64,000 nucleotides of DNA from an uncultured virus (IMG/VR IMGVR_UViG_3300025407_001324) (taxonomy: Duplodnaviria; Heunggongvirae; Uroviricota; Caudoviricetes). The stretch lies in IMG/VR virus record IMGVR_UViG_3300025407_001324; one strand, given 5' to 3'. Shown here in pieces: positions 16,741-27,500 of the stretch. The notes below the pieces were generated by a model. It searched no databases and had not been told where the DNA came from. It worked only from the letters and a program-made list of their open reading frames with translations. Every line of letters starts with the position of its first letter. The stretch's first letter is position 1. The position numbers were made by a program, and so were the translations under genes.

Positions 16741-18503
16741 GCGACTCTCCTTAATTTAGTCTGTTTCAATCTTTGTTTAATATTGTTAAACGGTGCTGTC
16801 CAATCCCCAAATACTTCCTGACGGAATAACGTCATTGAGTCATAATATGGATTTTTTTCACCTTCTAACGCATATAAGTAATACCCCATTACGGGTATCA
16901 CAACCCATGTTTCTATGCCCATAGCCGCACTCAAATGGCTGACTGATGTGCAAGAACTAATAACTAGGTCGCAGCTTGCGGCAGCGACTCTAGTATCTTC
17001 CCATGTATTTAGCGGAACTTGCTTAACCCACGTCGGACAAGCATCTGCACCTTCGTCTCTTTGCAGGCTTATAAACTCGTATTCGTCATTTTTTACCGCA
17101 TCAAACATCAATTGGTAAGGGAATTTTTTGTTGTGATCGTCTTCAAATTTACTTTGACCTTGCCATCTTAGCCCGATACGTTTTTTAGGACCTTTAATGG
17201 TAATAGGCTTAGTTATATAAGGATCACCACGCAAATCTGCTAGTTCTAATCCTAATAGGCCCGGAGCTACCATAGCAAATGTCCAAAAATCGTGATAAAC
17301 ACCAAATTCTGCACCATGTTGTACTACTGCGCTAACTCCTTCGACATCTTTGAATAAACTAGCTAACATACCAGTGCAACATACAACAACTTTATTGCCA
17401 CGTGCAGCTAAGTCTTTTGCATACCTAACTTGATGTATTTGGTCGCCTAATCCATGATCACAGTACAATAATATTGTACCTTTAGATTTTCCATCCCATT
17501 CTGGTGCAGGTGTGTCTGGAAGTCTATCTCCAATAATACCACAAAAACGTCCTCGATTCATGACAGTATAGCCTTCGAGTATTTTCCCTTGTCTAAGCAG
17601 ATACCAACTTTTGTTGTACGCAGCTCTATGATCGCCAGGTCTTTCTTTTTCTAATTTTTGTGCTAATCGCCATCCTTCGGCAAAATCTCCGATTTTTCCT
17701 GCAGCTACTTGAAGGTCTAGATCATCTAAGGTCGGAGTAGTTCTTTTACCGTCACTCCAAAATTCTGGCTGGCAAAATTGATTGTAATGGTAACTTAATA
17801 CTACTTTTGGGTCGTCGGTATGTTGACGTGCTAGCGCTGGTTTAATATCGTGCATACCTTCGTAACCGTGTAGATTTTCGTCGTCTTCTTTTACAGTGGA
17901 TCCATCAATATTACTAAAATTGTATTTGAATGGTTTAAGTCCTAAAAACTTATGTATTCGTTGCAGTTCTTTTTTAGGATCGGCAATTAATTTGTCGTAT
18001 TCTACAAATAAAAAACATTCGGGCATTGCTTCATACCCTGTTTGTAAACTGATGTAGGCTGCTCTTAGATGATCAGCTAATTGGCCTTCATACATAAACA
18101 TATCAAGGTCTTTGGGTTTTGCGACTCTAACAAAACTAGCCATACAATCAGGAACTGGACGAACTGTGGCAATAATTTTAGGTTTGGCCCCTAAGACCTG
18201 TGTCATCGCCTGCATAATAACAGGTATAGGCCAACCTCTGCCTTTGTCAATTACTATTTTTTTATCAGTATCTTCGTAGAATGCATCGATCATTCCACGC
18301 ATTGTTTCTGCTAGTTTTGTTCGGTTAGGGTCATTTTCGTTAAGCAATCCTTGACTGAACCAAGTATTTGCTAAACCGTCAAGTGCATGAACTAGCCCAG
18401 ACGTAGTCGACACATGAGTAGCAGGATTTTGGTTTAATATAGCGGCCAAAACCGTAGATCCGCTGCGGGGGATTCCCGATAAGAAGTGTAGTGTTTTTTT
18501 CAT
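16737..18503 (-). CDS. Sulfotransferase - TPR - GT-B glycosyltransferase fusion
   Basis: N-terminal PAPS-binding loop GIPRSGSTVL, DK and RPVPDCMASF; TPR-like helices; C-terminal HGLGDQI, IGLRWQG, ISLQ, DLVISSCTSVSHLSAAMG and PYYDSMTLFRQ...DW. Confidence 0.85.
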   Translation of the reverse strand: MKKTLHFLSGIPRSGSTVLAAILNQNPATHVSTTSGLVHALDGLANTWFSQGLLNENDPNRTKLAETMRGMIDAFYEDTDKKIVIDKGRGWPIPVIMQAMTQVLGAKPKIIATVRPVPDCMASFVRVAKPKDLDMFMYEGQLADHLRAAYISLQTGYEAMPECFLFVEYDKLIADPKKELQRIHKFLGLKPFKYNFSNIDGSTVKEDDENLHGYEGMHDIKPALARQHTDDPKVVLSYHYNQFCQPEFWSDGKRTTPTLDDLDLQVAAGKIGDFAEGWRLAQKLEKERPGDHRAAYNKSWYLLRQGKILEGYTVMNRGRFCGIIGDRLPDTPAPEWDGKSKGTILLYCDHGLGDQIHQVRYAKDLAARGNKVVVCCTGMLASLFKDVEGVSAVVQHGAEFGVYHDFWTFAMVAPGLLGLELADLRGDPYITKPITIKGPKKRIGLRWQGQSKFEDDHNKKFPYQLMFDAVKNDEYEFISLQRDEGADACPTWVKQVPLNTWEDTRVAAASCDLVISSCTSVSHLSAAMGIETWVVIPVMGYYLYALEGEKNPYYDSMTLFRQEVFGDWTAPFNNIKQRLKQTKLRRVA

Positions 18504-18509
18504 ACAAAT

Positions 18510-18541
18510 ATTTATAACCTGTATCGCTACAGGTTATAAAT
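18510..18541 (-). terminator. 14-bp hairpin with GCGA loop after the giant FN3/RCC1 gene; its distal arm contains the late promoter TATAAATA (18509-18516)
   Basis: atttataacctgta-tcgc-tacaggttataaat. Confidence 0.7.
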
Positions 18542-18563
18542 CTTGAATTGAAACAGTATTCAA

Positions 18564-21500
18564 TTATATATGAATACCTGCTGCAGAATTTGGTCCTGCA
18601 GATACACCAATCCATTGAGTTGCAGATCCGACTTGTTTTGGTGAACTATAGCTAGTAGCATTACCGATTCCCAATACACTGTTGCCGTTATTTCCCCAAG
18701 CATATAATGCAGTGCCTGTTGTTGCATAGCTGTTATATCCATTTGACGAAGCAGCAACTGCTTTCCAAGTAGTTAATGCTCCTACTTGTTTGGGACTTGA
18801 GTAACTTGTAGTATTACCTAATCCTAGTACGCCGCCATAGCCGTATCCAAACGACCATAATGTTCCGTCAGTCTTGACTGCAATTATGTGATCTCTGCCA
18901 GATGCTACCTGTGCCCAATTGGTCAAAGAACCAACCTGTTGGGGACTAGATGTGTTTCCGGTAACTCCTCTGCCGCCTTCACCAAAGCCGCCAAATCCCC
19001 AAGTCCACAAAGTTCCATTGGTTTGAATTGCTGCAACGTGGAAATAATTTACGCTAACAGATTTCCAAGTATTCACTCCGCCAACCATGATAGGACTAGA
19101 AACACTGCCTAGGAATCCGAGTCCGCTTTGTCCATAGAATCGGCCGTCTCCCCAAAACCATAATGTACCGTCAGTTTTAAGAGCTTGCGTCATGTATTGT
19201 CCGGATGATACTGTCAACCAAGTAGTCAATGCGCCGATTTGTTTTGGACTATTATAAGTACCCGAAGTAGTGTTTAACCCTAATTGTCCCTGAGATTGTG
19301 TACCCCAACTAAACAGTGCTCCGCTGGTTGTAATACCGATTGTAAAAGCGTCACCGCCGGCAATTACTTTCCAAGTATTTGAGCCAACTTGTTTCGGACT
19401 TGAATAATTAGTTGTATTAGCTAAACCTAACTGTCCAGAACTATTTAGACCCCACGCCCACAAATGTCCAGCTGAATCTAACGCAAATGAGTGACAGTTA
19501 CCTGCTAAAATTGTTTGTGCCCAAGTATTACTACCTCCAACCTGTACAGGAGTCGAATATGCTGTTGCATTGTTTAGACCTAACTGGCCGGAAGCAGCAC
19601 TACCCCAAATATATAAGTTACCTTGTGTTAACGGTATACTTACACTGTTACTATTAGCACTTGCGTTACTAGTTCCATAACTGTTGACAGCAACAACTGT
19701 GAATGTGTAACTACCCCCTACTGACAATCCAGAAACAGAAATTGTTCCGCTGCCTGCCTGACTTAGTGTACCAGTCACACCACCTGGATTACTTGTAGCT
19801 ACATAACTTGTAATTGTTGATCCACCATTGTTTATCGGTGCAGTATACGGTACATTTGCTGTTGTAGTTGTTGCGGTTGCTGTGCAGATAGTTGGAGCAC
19901 ATGGTGCACCAACACTGATTGATGTTGTAGGTGTACTGGAATTACCAGTGCCAATTGCGTTAGTTGCAGTAACTGTGAATGTGTATCTAGTACCTGCGGT
20001 CAAACCAGTTACAGTGATTGTTCCGCTGCCTGCCTGACTTAGTGTACCAGTCACACTACCTGGATTACTTGTGGCAGTGTAGTACAGTATTGGGCTTCCG
20101 CCGTTACTTGGCGAGCCAAATATTACAGTTGCACTACACAATGTGATTGCCTTGGCTAAACCAATACCAGGTGCACCTGGTAATACTGCAGAATAAGTTG
20201 CTAAACTATTTGAACCAGTGGTAGATCCGAAGCTATTAGTTGCAACTGGAGTAAATGTATATGTTGTGCCCGATGTAAATCCGGTTATTGTAACTGTTCC
20301 GCCTAGTGCAGTGAATGTTGCAGTTAGCCCGCCTGGTGTACTAGTGACCACTACCTTAGTTGGACTTCCGTTATTGACTACTGCGTTGGCTGTTATTGCT
20401 ACGCCAACTCCGCCAACATTTGTAGCACTTATACTAGGAGCGCAAGGAGGTAGAGATCCTGTAGCGATACCAAGAGCCATAGTTCCTGCAACATATGTCC
20501 AAGTTGTTCCTGCACCAATTTGTTTTGGACTTGAATAGCTAGTAGCATTATTCAATCCCAAGCGACCAGGTGCACTATTAGTACCCCAAGACCACATTGT
20601 TCCGTTATTCTTGATTGCAACCATTCCTAATACAACTTGGCTTAAAGAAGCAAGTTGAAGCCAATTTGTCAATGCGCCGACTTGTTTTGGACTTGAATAA
20701 CTAGTAAGGTTGTTTAGACCCAAAGCACCGTTAACGCCAGTGCCCCAAGTCCACAATGTTCCGTCAGTTTTAATTGCGCCAGTTGAACTACCTGAAGAAG
20801 ATCCAGAAATTTGTAATTGGCCCCAGTTAGTCAATGCACCAACTTGTTTTGGACTACTATAGTTAGCTGTTTGTGAGTTTAGTCCTAATAGACCAGTGTA
20901 ATTATTACCCCAAGCCCACAGTGTGCCGTCGGTTTTAATTGCAAAAACAGCTGCATCATTGACAGAAACTTGTTTCCAATTAGTTAATACACCGATTTGT
21001 TTTGGACTACTGTAATTTGCTGTAGTACTTACTCCAATTTGTCCGTTACCGCCCTGACCCCAAGCCCATATTGTTCCGTCAGTTTTGATAGCTACTGTAG
21101 TGCTACCGTCTGAATCTACTGAACTCCAAGTAGTTAGTGCGCCAACCTGTTTAGGACTTGAATAATATGTACCATTGCCTAATCCTAAATCATAGCCACC
21201 ATTGTAACCCCAAGTCCACAATGTTCCGTCAGTTTTAATTGCAGTAGCATTATTAGTACGCATAACTACTGTACTCCAATTAGTTAATGCACCGACTTGT
21301 TTTGGACTAGAATAATTTGTTTTATTACTGAATCCCAAGTTTCCTTGACCATTATATCCCCAGGTCCATAATGTTCCATCAAATTTGATAGCTGCGCTAC
21401 TAAAACATGAACCAACAGATACCATTTTCCAATTACTACCGGCACCTATTTGTACAGGACTAGAATAAGTTACTAAAGCATTGGAACCGGTCTGCCCGTA

Positions 21501-24500
21501 GTTGTTTTGACCCCAACTCCACAAATAGCCGACACCTGGAGCAACTGCACCACTTGGTGAGCTCGATGAGCTTGTGCCTGCAATATTAATTGCTTGTAGT
21601 GTGAACGAATAGTATGTGCCGTTTGTCAAGCCAGATACAGTAACTGTACCCGATCCTGCTTGACTTAATGTAGCAGTAATTCCGCCTACATTTGCAGTTG
21701 CAACATATTTTGTAATCGGTGAACCGCCATTGGCAGGAGCAGTATATATAACTGCCGCAGAAGTTGCGCCAAGAATTGGTATAGCTCCGCAAATAACTGG
21801 TGCACAAGGTACGCCAAATGTAGTTACTGTACCGGTTGGGGTACTTGCATTACTTGTTCCGTAACTGTTAATTGCAGTAACTGTGAATGTGTAAGAAGCT
21901 TTTGTTCCCAATCCAGTTACTGTAATTGTACCAGAAGATGCTTGTGTTACAGTAGCAGTAATTCCGCCTACATTTGCAGTTGCAACATAATTTGTAATCG
22001 GTGTTCCGCCATTACTAGCTGGTGCAATATAGCTTACTGTAGCAGTAGACGAACCAGTTGGTGTTCCAGTTACTCCAGTAGGTACGCAAGGTACGCCTAA
22101 ACTAATTGAGCTTGCTGAAGAATTAGTACTTGTTCCTGCTCCATTTGTTGCAGCTACTGTAAATGAGTATCTAGTACCAGTAGTTAATCCTGATATAGTA
22201 AATGTACCTGATGTAGCCTGACTTATTGTGGCAGCAATACATCCCGGTGCACCAGCAAGTTTGTAACTCAAGATCGGCGATCCGCCGTTTGCAGGTGCAG
22301 TAAATGCAACTGTAGCACTAGTTAATGATATTGCATTGGCTGTAACACCTGTTGGTGCTGATGGTGCATTTGCTAGATATGTAACTGCGCTAGATGATGC
22401 ACTGGCATTACCAAGACCTGCACCAGTAACTGCGGCAACTGTAAACGTATAACTAGTTCCAGTTGTTAATCCAGTTACTGTAATCGTACCTGATGTTGTT
22501 TGAGTTACTGTAGCAGTAATTCCGCTTGGGGTACTAGTTGCAACATAACTTGTAATTGCCGATCCGTTATCGCTTGAACTTGCAGTATATGCTACTGTAA
22601 CGCCTACCCCAGTAACATTTGTAGCTGCACCTATAGTTGGTGCAGCTGCTGGTCCCGCCGGTGACGAACTAATAGCCATCGATCCTGATGCCATAATCCA
22701 AGAAGTACTCGAGCCGATTTGTTTTGGTGAACTATATCCAGTTACATTGCCTAATCCCAAATACCCGCTTGTGCCTGCTCCCCAAGACCAAAGAGTACCA
22801 TCAGTTTTTACAGCAGTCACAAAAGACGGAGCATTATTATTACTGCTTCCTATGTCGTTTGTTACCGATTTCCAATTGGTTAATGAACCAACTTGTTTTG
22901 GACTAGAATATGATGTAAGGTTATTTAATCCCAATTGACCACTAGAGTTAAGGCCCCAACTCCAAAGTGTACCATCTGTTTTAATACCAAAAGCAGCAGA
23001 ATTGGTTGTGCCAAATGTTTTCCAATTGGTTAATGCACCAACTTGTTTTGGACTAGAATATGCGCCTGTACCGCTAACACCAATTATACCCCATCCGCTT
23101 TGAGCACCCCAACCCCAGAACGTGCCATCTGTCTTTAATCCTAGCACATGATAACCGGATGCCGCAACCTGTAACCAATTAGTTAGTAAACCGACTTGAG
23201 TAGGACTCTTTCTATAAGTAGTGTCGCCCAGACCTAGACCACCATAGGTGTTATTGCCTACCGTCCATAGTGTACCGTCTGTTTTAACAGCTGCCATGGC
23301 CATATTACCCATAGATACTGATTTCCAATTGGTTAATGCACCAACTTGTTTTGGACTTGAATACCAAGTACTATTACTTAGACCCAGCTGATAAAAACTG
23401 TTGTATCCCCAGGTCCACAAGGTTCCGTCAGTTTTAATTGCAGCAACACCGTTAGGGGTCATTGCGATCTGTGCCCAATTGGTCAATGCACCAACTTGTT
23501 TGGGACTTGAGTAATTGATAATGTTACTTAACCCAAGGCCTCCCGTAACATTATACCCCCAGGTCCATAATGTTCCGTCGGCTTTAATAGCTGCTCCATT
23601 CCATCCGTAACTACCGGATACTTGAAGCCATCCAGAAAGTGCGCCGACTTGCCTTGGAGTTGAATATGAAAGAATATTATTTAATGCATTACTACCGTAG
23701 GTACCGGGTCCCCAGGTCCACAAGTAAGAGTTAATTGGTGTTACTTTAGGAGTTGAGCCACTTATAGGACCAGCTCCATAGCTGTTAACAGCTTGCACTG
23801 TAAATGTATAAGCAGTATTTGTTGTTAATCCAGTTATAGTAATAGTTCCAGCGCCTGCTTGGCTCAATGTAGCAGTGATTCCACCTGGACTACTTGTAGC
23901 CACATAGCTGGTAATTGCAAATCCACCGTTAAATGTTGGTGCACAGTATGTAACTACCGCTGAAGAATTTCCTAATACAGTTGCTGTACCAATAATAGGT
24001 GCATACGGTTTTCCTTGAGTATATATGCTATTACTCGAAGCACTAACATTACTAGTTCCATAGCTGTTAACAGCTTGTACTGCAAATGAATAGTAAGTGC
24101 TTGAAGACAAACCGGTTATAGTAATAGTTCCAGCGCCTGCTTGGCTCAATGTAGCAGTGATTCCACCTGGACTACTTGTAGCCACATAGCTGGTAATTGG
24201 GTAACCACCAGTGTTAATTGGTGCAGTAAATGATACATTAGCAGTTGTTGTACCCATAGAAACCGCTGTACCTATTGTTGGTATGCCTGGTGCACCAACA
24301 CTAGCATTAGCACTAGTGGCTAGTCCAGTTGCACTACCGTTAAATGCAGCTACAGAGAATGTATATGTGGTGCCGTTTGTCAAACCAGTTAAAGTAACAG
24401 TACCTGGGAATGATTGTGCTAAAGTAACACTTGAAATAGTACTTGAATTAATAGAAGAAACTATATAACCAAGTATTTGTGCCCCACCGCTAGAAGAAGG

Positions 24501-27500
24501 TGCAGTAAAGCTTACTGTTGCAGTATTTGGACTTATTACATTTGCAGTGACTGCAGCAGGTGCAGATGGTGCAATTGCAGTATAAGTTACGTTACCGGAT
24601 GCTACACTAGTGTTGCCGCCCCCTCCGTTGACTGCAGTAACAGTAAATGTGTAAGTTGCTCCACCAGTTAATCCAGTTACTGTAATTGTACCAGCAGTTG
24701 CTTGAGTTACTGTGGCTGTAATTCCACCTGGGGTACTAGTTGCAATATATTTTATAATTGCCGATCCGTTGGTGCTTGCAGGAACTGTATATGTTACGCC
24801 TACTCCTACTCCTGAGATAACTGCAACGTTACTAACTGCTGGCGCTGAAGGTGCACCAGCTGGCACTGTTGCCAAGGCCGAAGTACCGTCTGTACTGAGC
24901 CAAGTAGTTAATGAACCAACTTGCTTTGGACTTGAGTACAATGTGATTGTTGACTGATTTAGTCCCAATGCACCTTGATAATTACGTCCCCAACTCCATA
25001 ATGTTCCGTCGGTCTTCGTTGCAGTCATGTACTGTTGAAGATTTTCACCTTGATTTGGGTTAAATACGCTCCAATTTGTTCCTGTACCAACTTGTGTTGG
25101 ACTTGAAGCGGCCGATGTACTATTCAATCCTAATTGTCCGTATGAGCCAGTTCCCCAACTCCACAATGTTCCGTCGGTTTTAGTAGCCAATACAAACTGC
25201 CATCCATTCGCAAAAGATGCCCAAGTAGTCAATGCACCAACTTGTTTTGGACTAATATAAGAAGAAGTATTTCCTCGACCTAGCTGATAACTAGTACCAA
25301 TTCCCCAGGCCCATAATGTTCCGTCGGTTTTAAGTGCGACCACATTGTAACCGGCCGCAGATGCCTTCAACCAATTGGTTAATGCTCCAACTTGCTTTGG
25401 ACTACTGTAAGTTGAAGTATTATTCAATCCTAGTTGTCCATAGTTGTTTTGTCCCCAAGTCCACAATGTACCATTGGTTTGAATTGCAAGTGCGTGTTGT
25501 GATCCCATTGACGCAAATGCCCAATTTGTTCCTGCACCGATTTGTTTTGGACTAGAATAGTTATTAAGAATGCTGGTGTTCAGACCTAACTGCCCGTTAA
25601 GAGCTTGTCCCCAACTCCACAATGTACCGTCGGTTTTTACAGCAATAGTCTCAGTTGGTCCAACTGCAACTTGTTTCCAATTGGTAAGTGCACCAACTTG
25701 AGTAATATTAAGAACCGTTCCTGTTGCGGATAATCCTAATTGTCCGTAGGTGTTGTAGCCCCACATCCACAATGTACCATCTTGTTTGATACCTGCAGAT
25801 GTTTGAGTACCACTACTACCGACTATCATATTCCAATTTAGCGCACTACCAGCTTGAACTGGGCTACTATAATTTGTTGAAACACCTATACCTGAAGCAG
25901 TACCGCAACCCCACGACCATAAGAATTGCGGAGTTCCTAGTGTTAATCCGCTGCTGGTACCGCCAGTGCCAGCACCAACTGAGTTAGTAGCAGTAACTGT
26001 GAATGTATACGGAGTAGCGGTAGCTAAACCGGTTACTGTAACAGTACCTGCGCCAGACTGGCTTAGTGTAGCAGTATACGACGAAGACGATCCAACAATT
26101 GTATAGTACTGTATTGTAGCATTACCGTTAGTAGGTTGTGTAAACGAAACTACTGCAGTATTTGCTGCAGTTTGTGTTGCAGTAACTGTTGGTGTACCAG
26201 GTACTGTAGTAGTTACTATAGTTAAGTTGGGGCTAGCTGGGCTAGCATTACTTGTGCCGATACTATTGGTAGCAGTAACTGTGAATGTATAAGAAACATT
26301 TGTTGTTAAACCTGCTATTGTAATTGTTCCACTACCTGACTGACTCAATGTCGCAGTAATTCCACCTGGACTGCTTGTAGCAGTATAGTATAATATTGGT
26401 TGTCCGCCATTGTTTAGCGGTGCAAAGTAAGTAACTCCTGCAGTATTTGTATCAACTTGTACGGCGCTATTAATTGTTGGAACACAAGGTGCTGTATTAG
26501 CATAGTAAACGGAGGAAGTTGCAGCACTTGTATTACTTGATCCTATGGCATTTGTTGCCACGGCTGTAAATGAGTATGATGTATTGAGTGTTAATCCAGT
26601 TACTGTAACTGTACCATATAATGAACTAGTGGTTAAAGTTGCAGTAATTCCACCTGGGTTACTTGTGACCACAGTGGTAATGCCGCCGGCAGCACCGGTA
26701 ACATTTCCAAATTTTACACCAACTGCCACTCCAACTCCGCCGACTACAGTAGCTGTCAGGTTAGGTACGGAAGGTGCAACAGCACTTACTATTCTAGTAC
26801 CACCATTACCAAATATCGATACCCATCCAGCCGACGAACCTATTTGTTTAGGACTGCTATAACTAGTAGCAACACCTAAACCTAATGCACCTGCAGGAAC
26901 ACCATATCCCCAGGTCCATAATGTACCATCATTTTGTGTTGCAAATGTTCCAGTAACATTGAAAGATGGGGTTAACAATGCCCATGAAGTAGACAAGCCG
27001 ACTTGTTTTGGACTTGAATAATTATTAACATTATTTAATCCCAATTGGCCAGTACCATTATAACCCCACATCCATAATGTATTGTCGGTTTTAGTTCCAC
27101 CTCCAACAGAATTATTCATAATGACCTGTTTCCAGTTAGTTAGTGTACCAACTTGTACTGGACTACTATAAGTCTGAAAAGAATTATTTAATCCTAGTTG
27201 CCCCCAATTGTTATTGCCCCAGCTCCATATAGTTCCGTCGGTTTTAAGTCCAATAACCGAAGCATTATATGTGGACATTTGTTTCCAATTAGTTGATGTG
27301 CCGATTTGTTTAGGACTTGAATAATTATTGGCATTATTTAATCCTAGCTGGCCATTACCATTATTACCCCACACCCACAATTGGCCTAATGAATTAATAG
27401 CAAACGTTGTATAACCGTCTGTGGAAATAGCAGTCCAGTTTGTCAATGCGCCGACTTGTTTTGGACTTGAATAACTAGTAAGGTTGTTTAGACCTAAAGC

